This document shows positions 1 to 11,670 of a DNA stretch of 64,000 nucleotides, piece after piece. Each line of letters opens with the position of its first letter. The first letter of the stretch is position 1. The notes under the pieces are model-generated. The model had not been told where the DNA came from. It saw only the letters and a program-made list of their open reading frames with translations, and ran no database searches. The translations under genes were made by a program, and so were the position numbers. Origin of the DNA: Candidatus Latescibacterota bacterium (GTDB taxonomy: Bacteria; Latescibacterota; UBA2968; UBA8231); NCBI GenBank assembly GCA_965219385.1, contig CBDCNM010000002.1:716639-780638 (forward strand), given 5' to 3'.

Positions 1-2859
1 TTGCTGGTGCTGGGATCGCACGCCCTGTTCGGGGCTGCCCTCGAGGACGCCCTGTATCGTTGCGCCCACCCTCTGACGCCCTTCGTCCGCCAGGCCCGTA
101 CCCATATCGCCTTAGCGCCCGGCGACTTCGAAGTCGTCAAAGGCGAAGACGCCCTGGTCGAAATACGGTTTGAGGGCGTGCGCCCGCGCACGGCGCGGAT
201 TTTGCGGCGCGAAGCCGAGAGCGCGTCCTGGCAGCACGAGGAACTCGTCGTCGACCGCGTCGATTCACTGGTCTACACCTTCAAACAGGTCAAACGGCCC
301 TTCTCCTACCAGGTCAGCGCCAACGACGGCTACAGCCGGATCCACCACGTGTCCGTGGTGGATCCGCCTAGCGTTCGGCGTCTGCGTCTCCGCTACCACT
401 ACCCGGCCTACAGCGGCCTGGAGGTGCGCGTCGAGGAAGAAAGCGGCGACATCAGCGGCCTGACCGGCACTGTGGTGGATTTTGAAGTCAGCGCCAGCAA
501 GTCCCTGCGGCGAGCGGCTCTGGTCCTGAACGATTCCCTGGCGCATTCGGCCCGGGTGGAAGGTCACAGGGCCTACGTCAGACTGAAGATAGAGACCCCG
601 GGCCACTACCACTTCGAACTGGTGGATCAGAAAGGCATAGCCAACCGCGATCCGATCCGCTATGCCATCCAGGTGGTCGAAGATACCTCTCCGCAGGTTG
701 CCATCACCGACCCCGGCCGCGATATGGACCTGCCCGAAAACCTTCAGCTGGTCCTGGCAGCCGAAGCCGTGGACGATTTCGGCATCGAGCGCGCCTTCCT
801 GGTTTATCGCATCAACGACGGCCCTGAACAGGGCCTGGGCCTCCACCTTGAGCCGGGCCGCCAAGTGCATCTGACTCACCTGTGGGATCTGGCCAGCGCG
901 GATCTGCTCCCCGAGGACCGGGTGTACTACCATGTCGAAGCCTTTGACAACGACGAGGTCTCCGGTCCGAAGGGGGGAAAAAGCCAGGAATACACCCTGC
1001 GCTTCCCCTCGCTCTACGAACTCTACGAAGAGGTCGCCGCCGAGCAGGAAGCGCAGCTGGACGTCCTGGAAGAACTGGCCGAGGAAGGCCAGAAAAATCA
1101 GGAGTACCTGGATCAGCTCCGACGCGAACTGCTCAAGACCAACCAGCTGAGCTGGGAGGAAAAAAAAGAGCTGGAAGCTACCCTGACGCGCGAGGCGGAA
1201 CGGGCCAGGGCCGTGGAAGAGTTGGCCCAGCAGCTGGGAGAAACCCTGGAGGAACTCGACGAGAACCGGTTGGCTCCTCGCGAAATCCTCGACAAGCTGG
1301 AAGAGATCCGCGAACTCATGGCAGAGGTGACCTCCCCTGAATTGCGCCAGGCCCTCGAGGCCATGCAACAGGCCGCGGAGACCCTGGACTCGGCCCAGGT
1401 AGCCGAGGCCCTCAAGCAATTCAAAGAAGATCAGGAGGTCTTTCAGAAACGCCTGGACCGCACCCTTGAGTTGCTCCAGCAGGTACGGGCCGAGCAACGA
1501 CTCGAAGCAGCCGTACAGCAGGCCTTGGACCTCGAGCACCGGCAGATCCGGATTGACGCAGAGCTGGAACAGCAAGGCGGCAGCGAGCGCTTACAGGCAC
1601 AGGAGGGCAGCCTGCAGCGCGACGCGGACCGTTTGCGGGAGGATCTGAAGGAGCTGAGCCAGGACATGGAGCAATTCAGCGAGGAGACCTCCCAGAGTCT
1701 GGCGGCCCAGGCCGATCTCATGCAGGAGCAGAACCTGAGCGGCCGTATGGGCGAGATGATCAAACGCCTCCAGCAGCAGCAAAACCAGGAAGCCCGCCGC
1801 CTGGGCGCAAGCCTCGAGAAAGATCTGGGGGCGCTCAGCGCTTCCCTTGAGCGTCTGCAGGACGAGTACGCTGCCAAAGAGAAAAAGCAACTGGCTCAGG
1901 AGATGCAGCAGGCCATACGCGACCTTTTGCACCTCTCCTTGCAGCAGGAAGATCTGAAGACCCGGGTCCAGGACGCCCAGGGCTCGAAGGAGGCCGCATT
2001 GGCTCAGGATCAGTTTGCCCTGCTCCAGGGGGTCGGCCAGGTGACCGAACACATCGGCCAGGTGGCCCGCCGGACCATGAGTCTGGACTACGGCCTGGGC
2101 GTAACCCTGGGCTATGCCCTGCGCAATATGCAGGAAGCAGCCCATCACCTGGGCCAGAAGAACGCCCTTTCCTCGATGGCGCTTCAGGAGGACGCCATGG
2201 GCTACCTGAACGAGGCGGTTTTGCTGTTGCGGCAAAGCATGGACAACCTGGCCCAGTCCAAGATGCCCTCCAGCTTCGGCGAAACCATGCAGCAAATGCT
2301 CGGGCTCTCCGAACGGCAGGCCGACCTCAACCAGGCCACCCAGCAGGCCATGGGCAAGGGCCGCCAGCCAGGTCGACAGGGCCGCCCGGTTCACGACATG
2401 GCCGCGGAAATGGCCCGCCTGGCCGCCCAACAGCGCCAGATCTATCAGGCCCTCAGGGCCCTGGAACGCGACGCGCGCGGCCATCGCGGCGCCCAGAAAC
2501 GCATCCAGGCCATCGAAGAGGAAATGAAATCCGTGATCCAGGATCTCCAGCGCCGGCGCCCGAATCCAAGCATCCTCCGTTCCCAAAAACGCATCCTCCA
2601 GCGCATGCTGGACGCCAGTCGTTCGATCCACACCCAGGGCTTCGAGGAGGAGCGCCTTGCGGAAGGGGGCCGCGACCTGCCCTACAGCGGACAGGCCTGG
2701 CTGCCCGCCGATCTGGGCCAGTCCTACGACCACCTGCGCGAGGCCATGAAGCACGCCCTGGAAGGTCCCTATCCGGACGAGTATCGCCTGCTCATCCACC
2801 GTTATTACGAAGGGGTCTACCAGGATCTGATCGAGCGGGAGTCCAAAACCAGACCATGA
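1..2859 (+). CDS. DUF4175-like membrane-anchored Ig-domain plus long coiled-coil protein, 5' end outside the window
   Basis: Open from base 1. Ig-like repeats (YPAYSGL..EESGDI; AVDDFGI; EAFDNDEVSGPK) are followed by a Q/E-rich coiled coil and a C-terminal 'YRLLIHRYY' motif. It lies upstream of MoxR/DUF58 genes. Confidence 0.75.
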   Translation: MLVLGSHALFGAALEDALYRCAHPLTPFVRQARTHIALAPGDFEVVKGEDALVEIRFEGVRPRTARILRREAESASWQHEELVVDRVDSLVYTFKQVKRPFSYQVSANDGYSRIHHVSVVDPPSVRRLRLRYHYPAYSGLEVRVEEESGDISGLTGTVVDFEVSASKSLRRAALVLNDSLAHSARVEGHRAYVRLKIETPGHYHFELVDQKGIANRDPIRYAIQVVEDTSPQVAITDPGRDMDLPENLQLVLAAEAVDDFGIERAFLVYRINDGPEQGLGLHLEPGRQVHLTHLWDLASADLLPEDRVYYHVEAFDNDEVSGPKGGKSQEYTLRFPSLYELYEEVAAEQEAQLDVLEELAEEGQKNQEYLDQLRRELLKTNQLSWEEKKELEATLTREAERARAVEELAQQLGETLEELDENRLAPREILDKLEEIRELMAEVTSPELRQALEAMQQAAETLDSAQVAEALKQFKEDQEVFQKRLDRTLELLQQVRAEQRLEAAVQQALDLEHRQIRIDAELEQQGGSERLQAQEGSLQRDADRLREDLKELSQDMEQFSEETSQSLAAQADLMQEQNLSGRMGEMIKRLQQQQNQEARRLGASLEKDLGALSASLERLQDEYAAKEKKQLAQEMQQAIRDLLHLSLQQEDLKTRVQDAQGSKEAALAQDQFALLQGVGQVTEHIGQVARRTMSLDYGLGVTLGYALRNMQEAAHHLGQKNALSSMALQEDAMGYLNEAVLLLRQSMDNLAQSKMPSSFGETMQQMLGLSERQADLNQATQQAMGKGRQPGRQGRPVHDMAAEMARLAAQQRQIYQALRALERDARGHRGAQKRIQAIEEEMKSVIQDLQRRRPNPSILRSQKRILQRMLDASRSIHTQGFEEERLAEGGRDLPYSGQAWLPADLGQSYDHLREAMKHALEGPYPDEYRLLIHRYYEGVYQDLIERESKTRP

Positions 2860-4682
2860 AACCACGGCGTTGCTTTCCAAGAAGCCATCTTAAAATTCCC
2901 GCTGGCCGTCGCGCTTTGAGACGGCTTCTGGCATCGGCGTTTTTCTTACTCGCCATGGGTCCCTCGTTCCTGGAGGCGACCGCGGACGAAGAAAGTCTGC
3001 GGCAGCAGATCTTGCGTCTGGAAAAGGCCGGAAACTACAAGGCCGTCGTACCTCTGTACGAAGAATTGTGCCGGCGCGCCCCGCAGGATTCCAGCCTGTT
3101 CCAGGATCTGGCGCAGGCCTTGACCATCATCGACGACCACGGTCGCATCGTCGAGTTGCTCAAATCCTGGCTGCACGACCATCCCGATGACATCCAGGCC
3201 TACCTGCGATTGGGCCGCTCCTACCTGCACCTGAGCCGCAACGACGAAGCCTTGAAAACCTGGCGCCAGGCCCTCGTGCGCGCCCCGGAACGGCCCCAAC
3301 TCTATCGGCAGATCAGTCACTACCACCGCGAAGCCGGTCTTTACAAGGCGGCCATCCAGATCCTCATGGACGGCCGCAAGGCCCTGCGCCAGGACCAGCT
3401 CTTCGGCTGGGAACTGGCCGCACTCTACCTCCTCCAGGAGGACTACCGCCGCGCCATTGCCGTCTATCTGGACTACCTGCGGGAGGACCCCCAGCGCCTT
3501 GTGTCGGTCGAGTACCGGCTCGCCCCCCTGGCCCAGGACGCCTCCAGAGCCCCAAAGCTTTTACAGGCCCTCGAAAACGGCCGCAAAAACGCCGCGGACC
3601 CCTTGCCAGTCTCCCTGCTCCTGGCCACCTGTGCCCTGGAATCAGGGGACCCGCAAAAAGGCTACGATGTCCTGAGCGAAATCGCCGCTCTTCCGGACGT
3701 TGTGCCCTTGATCTTCAAGTTTGCCTCGCGCTGTCAGGATCACGGCTACGACGAGATCGCCATCCAGGCCTATGCCTTGGGCGCCGAGCACGGAGGGGAC
3801 TCCCCTTACCTCCGGGCCTTGCTGCAACAGGCAACCATTCACCTGCGCCTGGAAAACCACGACCTGGCAGCGGAACTCTACAGCCGTCTGGCGCGGCAAT
3901 TTCCCCGGCGTCCCGAGGCCCGCGAAGCCCTCTTCCAGCTGGGGCGTCTGCAGCTGGAGGTCCAGAACGATGTGCCCGGAGCCCAGACCTCGCTTCAGGC
4001 CGTGTTGCAATCGGCGTCCCAGGGACCATGGGCTGGCAAGGCCCTGGACCTGCTGGCCGAGTGTGCCCTGCGACAGGACGACTTCGGACGGGCCGAAGCC
4101 CGCCTCCACCAACTGGGCCGCCAGGATCCCGCAGCCGCGCAAGTGGTGCGCTACCGCCTGGCCGAGCTGGCTTATTTCCAGGGCGACAACGCCCGGGCCC
4201 TCGGGTTGCTGAAGGCATTGCTCGAAGAGGATCCCAGGCACCCACTGGCCAACGATGCCCTGGAGTTGATCCTGCTGCTCGAAGCCCCGCAGGCCCGGCC
4301 CCAAGTCCTGAGCGCCCTGGCCCGCGCCCAGCTGCGGGAACGTCAGAAGCGGCCCGAAGATGCGGCCGAGGAATGGGCCTGGCTGGCCGCCCACGCGCCC
4401 CCGCGCATGCGCCAATTGAGTTTGTTGTCCCGGGCGCGGATCCGCGAACAACAGCACGATCCGGCAGCGGCCCTGGCCCTGTACGAAAGAATGGTAGCAG
4501 ACCATCCGCGCGGGGCCTATGCCCTCCAGGCCCACATCGCCCGCGCCCGGCTGTACGAGCAGCAGGGACGGATCGACCACGCTCTCAAGATCTATGAGAC
4601 GGCCTTGCTGGGCTTCCCGGAAGACGTCCGCATCCCGGAAATACGGCTTCAGATCCAGCGTTTGCGACAACAGGGAGGATGA
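2856..4682 (+). CDS. Tetratricopeptide repeat protein, probably exported
   Basis: Repeated helical TPR patterns (AYLRLGRSY..EALKTWRQAL; ALFQLGRLQ), a hydrophobic N-terminal segment, and an ATGA overlap with the upstream gene. Confidence 0.8.
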   Translation: MKPRRCFPRSHLKIPAGRRALRRLLASAFFLLAMGPSFLEATADEESLRQQILRLEKAGNYKAVVPLYEELCRRAPQDSSLFQDLAQALTIIDDHGRIVELLKSWLHDHPDDIQAYLRLGRSYLHLSRNDEALKTWRQALVRAPERPQLYRQISHYHREAGLYKAAIQILMDGRKALRQDQLFGWELAALYLLQEDYRRAIAVYLDYLREDPQRLVSVEYRLAPLAQDASRAPKLLQALENGRKNAADPLPVSLLLATCALESGDPQKGYDVLSEIAALPDVVPLIFKFASRCQDHGYDEIAIQAYALGAEHGGDSPYLRALLQQATIHLRLENHDLAAELYSRLARQFPRRPEAREALFQLGRLQLEVQNDVPGAQTSLQAVLQSASQGPWAGKALDLLAECALRQDDFGRAEARLHQLGRQDPAAAQVVRYRLAELAYFQGDNARALGLLKALLEEDPRHPLANDALELILLLEAPQARPQVLSALARAQLRERQKRPEDAAEEWAWLAAHAPPRMRQLSLLSRARIREQQHDPAAALALYERMVADHPRGAYALQAHIARARLYEQQGRIDHALKIYETALLGFPEDVRIPEIRLQIQRLRQQGG

Positions 4683-4686
4683 GAAG

Positions 4687-5955
4687 ATGAACAAGATGTT
4701 CTGCTGGCTGGTCGGGCTGCTGTGCCTGAGCGCACTCGGGCGCGTCCAGGCCGAGGGTTTGCTGGTCCCCATGGATTTGAGCCAGCGCGACCACCTCAAA
4801 GCCTACGGCCTGGCCTTCTGGGCGCTCGAACGCGGGGTCGTGGTGCAATGGCTCCTCAATTACCGCAGCGGCTCTTTCCTGGTGGACGGCCACGACCTGA
4901 TTGCCGAGGAAGCGCAAATACGCGGGGTCTCCCTGGTCCGCATCTCCGAAGCTAAAGCCGCGACCATCCACGCCGAGATCGACGCGGCCAACATGGAGGT
5001 GGTACGGCTGGAAAAGGCGCCCCGGATAGCGGTCTACACCCCGCCCAACTCCCAGCCCTGGGACGACGCTGTCACCCTGGCCCTGGAATACGCCGAAATC
5101 GAATATGACAAGGTCTGGGACGAGGAGGTGCTGCAGGGCAAGCTCTCCGAATACGACTGGTTGCACCTGCACCACGAAGACTTCACCGGCCAGTACGGCA
5201 AATTTTACCGCGCCTACGGCCACGAACTCTGGTACCAGCAACAGCAGCGACTCTACGAGGCCCAGGCCCGGCGTCTGGGCTTCGACAAGGTCTCGGAAGA
5301 AAAAAAGGCCGTGGCCCGGGCCATCTACGACTACTTGCAAAAGGGCGGTTTTCTCTTTGCCATGTGCTCGGCCACGGATACCTTTGACATCGCCCTGGCC
5401 GCCTTTGGCGTGGACATTGCCCACCAGGTCTTCGACGGCGACCCGGCCGACCCGCAGGCGCAGGCCCGGCTCGACTTTGGCCGCACCGTGGCCTTCAAGG
5501 ACTTCTCCCTGGAGAGCAATCCCCTGGTCTACGAGTTTTCGGACATTGACACCACTCCCAGAGACGGCAGACAGGTGGGCAGCGCCGAGGCCGAGTACTT
5601 CACCCTGTTCGAATTCTCGGCCAAGTACGATCCGGTGCCCACCATGCTGACCCAGTGCCACACCAGCATCGTCAACGGTTTTATGGGGCAGACCACCGGC
5701 TACAAGCGCCGCCTGATCAAGGATTCGGTGGTGATTCTGGCCGAAGTGGAAAACACCGACCAGGTGAAGTACATCCACGGCCAGGTCGGCAAGGGGACCT
5801 TTACCTTCTACGGCGGTCACGACCCGGAGGACCACCGCCACTATGTCAACGATCCGTCCACCCAGTTGGTCCTGCACCCCAACTCTCCGGGCTACCGCCT
5901 GATCCTCAACAATATCCTGTTCCCGGCCGCCAAAAAAAAACGCCGCAAAACTTGA
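4687..5955 (+). CDS. Conserved exported protein with a class I glutamine amidotransferase-like fold (family often labelled 'asparagine synthetase B' in FCB genomes)
   Basis: ATG at 4687 follows a GGAGG RBS. Signal peptide present. Motifs HLKAYG, PWDDAV, WLHLHHEDFTGQYGKF, FAMCSATD, GGHDPED and NSPGYRLILNN. Confidence 0.7.
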   Translation: MNKMFCWLVGLLCLSALGRVQAEGLLVPMDLSQRDHLKAYGLAFWALERGVVVQWLLNYRSGSFLVDGHDLIAEEAQIRGVSLVRISEAKAATIHAEIDAANMEVVRLEKAPRIAVYTPPNSQPWDDAVTLALEYAEIEYDKVWDEEVLQGKLSEYDWLHLHHEDFTGQYGKFYRAYGHELWYQQQQRLYEAQARRLGFDKVSEEKKAVARAIYDYLQKGGFLFAMCSATDTFDIALAAFGVDIAHQVFDGDPADPQAQARLDFGRTVAFKDFSLESNPLVYEFSDIDTTPRDGRQVGSAEAEYFTLFEFSAKYDPVPTMLTQCHTSIVNGFMGQTTGYKRRLIKDSVVILAEVENTDQVKYIHGQVGKGTFTFYGGHDPEDHRHYVNDPSTQLVLHPNSPGYRLILNNILFPAAKKKRRKT

Positions 5956-6021
5956 TGTCTCCGGGCTATTGGTTGTATCCTTAAAAGCCCATACACCTGA
6001 TACCCGAGAAAGGATACTCCC

Positions 6022-7026
6022 ATGGGGGAACGCGATGCGGAGGCGGTAGCACGGCTCGAGAACACCAAGGAAGAGATCGGTGGAGAGATCGGCAAAGTCA
6101 TCGTCGGCCAGCGCGACATCGTCGAACAGCTGCTGGTGGCCCTCCTGTCCGGGGGGCACTGCCTTCTGGTCGGGGTTCCCGGCCTGGCCAAAACCACCCT
6201 GATCCAGACCCTGGCTCAAACCCTGGATTTGTCCTTCGGCCGCATCCAGTTCACCCCGGACCTGATGCCCTCGGACATCACCGGCACCGAGGTCCTGGAG
6301 GAGGACCTCGAAAGCGGGCGCAAGGCCTTCCGCTTTGTCCAGGGCCCGATCTTCGCCCACATCATCCTGGCCGACGAGATCAATCGCACCCCGCCCAAGA
6401 CCCAGGCCGCCCTGCTGCAGGCCATGCAGGAACACGCCGTGACCGCCGGCGGCCAGACCATGCGTTTGAGCGAGCCTTTCTTTGTCCTGGCCACCCAGAA
6501 TCCCATCGAGCAGGAAGGCACCTACCCCCTGCCCGAGGCCCAGCTGGACCGCTTCATCTTCGAGCTGTGGATCGACTACCCCGACCCGGCCGAGGAGGAG
6601 GAAATCGTGCGCACCACCACCAGCGCGCACAAAGGGCGGGCCGAAAAAATCCTGACTGGCGAGCAAATCGTCCGGCTGCAAGACCTGGTGCGCCAGGTGC
6701 CGGTGGCCAACCACGTCATTCAGTACGCCGTGCGCCTGGTGCGCAGCTCGCGGCCCGGCGACGATATGGCCCCGGACTACGTCAAGGACATGGTCAACTG
6801 GGGCGCTGGTCCCCGGGCCTCGCAGTACCTGATCCTGGCCGGCAAGGCCCGGGCCATTCTGGCCGGCCGCCACTCGGTCGCCATCGAGGACGTCCGGGCC
6901 CTGGCCCTGCCGGTGCTGCGCCACCGGATCGTCATCAACTTTCACGCCGAGGCCGAGAATATCACCTCCTCCACCCTGGTAGAGCGCCTGCTGGACGACG
7001 TCCCCGCAAACGGCGAGGTCGGATGA
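6022..7026 (+). CDS. moxR: MoxR-family AAA+ ATPase
   Basis: Walker A GVPGLAKT, RIQFTPDLMPSDITG, LADEINR, ATQNPIEQEGTYPLPEAQLDRF. Confidence 0.95.
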   Translation: MGERDAEAVARLENTKEEIGGEIGKVIVGQRDIVEQLLVALLSGGHCLLVGVPGLAKTTLIQTLAQTLDLSFGRIQFTPDLMPSDITGTEVLEEDLESGRKAFRFVQGPIFAHIILADEINRTPPKTQAALLQAMQEHAVTAGGQTMRLSEPFFVLATQNPIEQEGTYPLPEAQLDRFIFELWIDYPDPAEEEEIVRTTTSAHKGRAEKILTGEQIVRLQDLVRQVPVANHVIQYAVRLVRSSRPGDDMAPDYVKDMVNWGAGPRASQYLILAGKARAILAGRHSVAIEDVRALALPVLRHRIVINFHAEAENITSSTLVERLLDDVPANGEVG

Positions 7027-7931
7027 ACGCCCCCGATCTGGTCACCTCCTACCTCGATCCGGAAACCATCTCGCGGCTGAGCCGGCTGGACCTGGTGGCG
7101 CGCCTGGTGGTAGAAGGTTTTATCACCGGCTTGCACCGCAGTCCGTACCACGGATTCTCGGTCGAGTTCTCCGAGCACCGGCCCTACATGCCCGGCGACT
7201 CCCTGCGCGATGTGGACTGGAAGGCCTTTGGCAAGACCAACCGCCTCTACGTCAAACAGTATGAAGAAGAGACCAACCTCAAGTCCTACCTCCTCCTGGA
7301 TATAAGCGGCTCCATGGAGTTCCGGTCCGGTGGATCCCTCAGCAAGTTTCGCTATGCTTCCAGTCTGGCCGCGGCCCTGACCTACCTGATGCTGTGCCAG
7401 CGCGACGCCGTGGGGTTGATGCTCTTCCACGAGCGCATCGAATCCTACATTCCCCCGCGCTCGGTGCAGAGCCATCTGCAGGTGATACTCAGGGAGATCA
7501 GCCAGGTTCGGCCCGCCTCCGATACCCACATGGCCCCCGCCTTCCACGATCTGGCCGAACGCATTTCGCGCCGCGGTTTGATCGTGGTATTTTCGGATCT
7601 GCTGGACGATCCGGAAAGGGTCTTGACGGGCCTGAGACACTTCCGTCACCGCGGCCACGAGGTCATCGTTTTTCACCTGCTGGACCCGCGCGAGCAGGAT
7701 CTGGATTTCAGGAGTGAAACCCGGTTCTACGACCTCGAAGATCCGGATCAGAGCCTCACGACCCAGCCCCGGCACCTCCAGCGCGAGTACCGCGAAATGA
7801 TGGACGAATTCATCCGCACCTACCACTATCACTGCGCCGAGGCCCGGATCGACTACGTCCTGCTCGATACCACCACTCCCTTTGACGTGGCTTTATCGCG
7901 CTATCTGGTGCGGCGCAAAAAGCTGGGCTAG
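7023..7931 (+). CDS. DUF58 (VWA-like) MoxR partner protein
   Basis: ATG at 7023 overlaps the moxR stop. Motifs GLHRSPYHGFSVEFSEHRPY, DWK, VKQYEEETN, LLDISGSM and FSDL. Confidence 0.92.
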   Translation: MNAPDLVTSYLDPETISRLSRLDLVARLVVEGFITGLHRSPYHGFSVEFSEHRPYMPGDSLRDVDWKAFGKTNRLYVKQYEEETNLKSYLLLDISGSMEFRSGGSLSKFRYASSLAAALTYLMLCQRDAVGLMLFHERIESYIPPRSVQSHLQVILREISQVRPASDTHMAPAFHDLAERISRRGLIVVFSDLLDDPERVLTGLRHFRHRGHEVIVFHLLDPREQDLDFRSETRFYDLEDPDQSLTTQPRHLQREYREMMDEFIRTYHYHCAEARIDYVLLDTTTPFDVALSRYLVRRKKLG

Positions 7932-7961
7932 CTGGGCTAAAGGGATGGAGCTGTCGGCCGT

Positions 7962-7993
7962 AATCTTGACTTTTTTGTCCAGATTCGTAAACT
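7962..7993 (+). promoter_or_regulatory. suf promoter with an overlapping palindromic operator (candidate Rrf2/IscR-type site)
   Basis: AATCTTGAC-TTTTTT-GTCCAGATT (7962-7985; arms match 8/9) covers -35 TTGACT (7966-7971). -10-like TAAACT is at 7988-7993. Confidence 0.65.
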
Positions 7994-8071
7994 CTATAAA
8001 ATCAAGCGCGGATGGAGCCGGAGTTGCACGCCGGACTTTTGCCCTCGATTCAACCGGGAGATACACCACAG

Positions 8072-9535
<1,464 letters not shown>

Positions 9536-9554
9536 TGCCAGAAGCGAGGATAGC

Positions 9555-10322
9555 ATGCTCCAGATAAAGAACCTGCGCGCCCGCGTCGAAGACATTGAAA
9601 TTCTCAAAGGCATCAACCTGGAAGTAAACCCCGGGGAGATCCACGCCGTCATGGGGCCCAATGGCTCGGGCAAAAGCACCCTGGCCCAGGTCCTGGCCGG
9701 CCACCAGGAATTCGAGGTGACCGAAGGGGAGGTCCACTACCAGGGCAAAGACCTGCTCGAGATGGACCCGGAGGAACGGGCCCGCGAAGGCCTCTTCATG
9801 GCCTTTCAGTACCCCGTGGAAATCCCGGGGGTCAACTCGGCCTACTTCCTGCGCACCGGGCTCAACGAGATCCGCAAGCACCGCGGTGAGGAAGAATTGG
9901 ACGCCATGGACTTTTTGAGTCTGATCAAGGAAAAGCTGCAGCTGGTCGAAATGGACGAAAGTTTTCTGAAACGCTCGGTCAACGAAGGTTTTTCCGGCGG
10001 CGAGAAAAAGCGCCACGAGATCCTGCAGCTGGCCGTGCTCGAACCCAGGCTGGCCATCCTGGACGAAACCGACTCGGGCCTGGACATTGATGCTTTGAGA
10101 ATCGTCGCCCACGGGATAAATTCGCTCCACAACCCGGACAAAAGCGTCGTCGTCGTGACCCACTACCAGCGCCTGCTCAACCACATCGTCCCCGACTATG
10201 TCCACATCCTGTTGCAGGGACGCATCGTCAAATCAGGCGGCGGGGAACTGGCCCTGGAATTGGAAGAAAAGGGCTACGACTGGATCAGGAAGGAAGTTGC
10301 GGACACGGCAGTGGACGCCTAG
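9555..10322 (+). CDS. sufC: Fe-S cluster assembly ATPase SufC
   Basis: [51 protein letters not shown]. Confidence 0.97.
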   Translation: MLQIKNLRARVEDIEILKGINLEVNPGEIHAVMGPNGSGKSTLAQVLAGHQEFEVTEGEVHYQGKDLLEMDPEERAREGLFMAFQYPVEIPGVNSAYFLRTGLNEIRKHRGEEELDAMDFLSLIKEKLQLVEMDESFLKRSVNEGFSGGEKKRHEILQLAVLEPRLAILDETDSGLDIDALRIVAHGINSLHNPDKSVVVVTHYQRLLNHIVPDYVHILLQGRIVKSGGGELALELEEKGYDWIRKEVADTAVDA

Positions 10323-10329
10323 GAGAGTC

Positions 10330-11670
10330 ATGGCAAAAACCAAGGATAAAAAGGACTGGTACCTTTCGAGCTTTGCCGGATTCGAGGAACGCCTCAACGG
10401 GGAATCCAACGCCCTGCTTCACGCCATCCGCCGGGCCGCCATCGATCGCTTTGCCAAGGCCGGGTTCCCCACCACCCGGGACGAGGGCTGGAAGCACACC
10501 AACCTGGCCCCTCTTTTCCGCATCCAGTTCAGTCCGGTCTTCGACGACGATCCGACCGCGCTGAGAGCCGCCGATCTCGAAGAGTTCGAATTCGCCGATC
10601 TCGAGTGCGCCCGGCTGGTGTTCCACAACGGTCTTTTTGTACCTCATCTATCCACCCAGGGGCCCCTGTCAGCCGGCGTCCGGGCCATGAGCCTGGCCGC
10701 GGCCCTGGAGGAGATTCCCGAACAGGTGGAACCTCACCTGGGTCGCTATGTCCCCTACCAGGAGCAGGGCTTTGCCGCGCTCAACACCGCCTTTTTAAAG
10801 GATGGGGCCTTTGTGTGCATCCCGCAGGACACCGTGCTCGAAGAGCCGATCCACCTGCTGTTCGTCTCGACTGCCGGAGATAAGCCCACTGTTTCTTTTC
10901 CCCGCAGCCTGATCGTAGCCGGGGCCAATGCGCGGGCGTGTCTTTTGGAAACCTATGTCGGACCGAAGGACCAGGTCTATCTGACCAACGCCGTGACCGA
11001 AGTCGTGGTCGGGGAAAACGCCGAACTCGAGCACTGCAAAATACAGCGCGAAAGCGCCGCGGCCTTCCACCTGGCCGTCCTGCACTTCAGCGAGGGCCGC
11101 GACTGCCGTCTCAAATCCCACAACATCACCCTGGGGGGCCGCCTGACCCGCAACGATATCACCACCTCTCTGAACAGCGAAGGCGTGGAATCCACTCTCA
11201 ACGGTCTCTACCTGATGGATGGCCGGCGGCACGTGGACAACCACACCCTGATCGAACATGCCCGGCCCCACTGCGCCAGTCACGAGCTTTACAAAGGCAT
11301 CCTGGCCCACCAGTCCAGCGGCGTCTTCAGAGGCAAAATTCACGTCCACCAGGATGCGCAGCAGACCGATGCCTATCAGTCCAATCAGAATCTGCTGCTC
11401 TCCGACGAGGCCGATGTCACCTCCAAACCGCAGCTGGAAATCTACGCCGACGACGTCAAGTGCAGCCACGGGAGCACCACGGGCCAACTCGACCAGGATG
11501 CCATTTTCTACCTCCGCTCCCGCGGCATCGGCGCTGCAGAGGCCATCAACGTCCTCACCCGCGCCTTTGCCGGCGAGATCCTTGAACGAATCGGGGTCGA
11601 AAGGGTCCGCGATCTCCTCGACCGCCTGGTGCAGACGAAACTCGAATCCACTCAAAGAGAAACACCATGA
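10330..11670 (+). CDS. sufD: Fe-S cluster assembly protein SufD
   Basis: FPTTRDEGWK, FAALNTAF, KPQLEIYADDVKCSHG, FYLRSRGI. AGGAG RBS precedes ATG 10330. Confidence 0.95.
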   Translation: MAKTKDKKDWYLSSFAGFEERLNGESNALLHAIRRAAIDRFAKAGFPTTRDEGWKHTNLAPLFRIQFSPVFDDDPTALRAADLEEFEFADLECARLVFHNGLFVPHLSTQGPLSAGVRAMSLAAALEEIPEQVEPHLGRYVPYQEQGFAALNTAFLKDGAFVCIPQDTVLEEPIHLLFVSTAGDKPTVSFPRSLIVAGANARACLLETYVGPKDQVYLTNAVTEVVVGENAELEHCKIQRESAAAFHLAVLHFSEGRDCRLKSHNITLGGRLTRNDITTSLNSEGVESTLNGLYLMDGRRHVDNHTLIEHARPHCASHELYKGILAHQSSGVFRGKIHVHQDAQQTDAYQSNQNLLLSDEADVTSKPQLEIYADDVKCSHGSTTGQLDQDAIFYLRSRGIGAAEAINVLTRAFAGEILERIGVERVRDLLDRLVQTKLESTQRETP

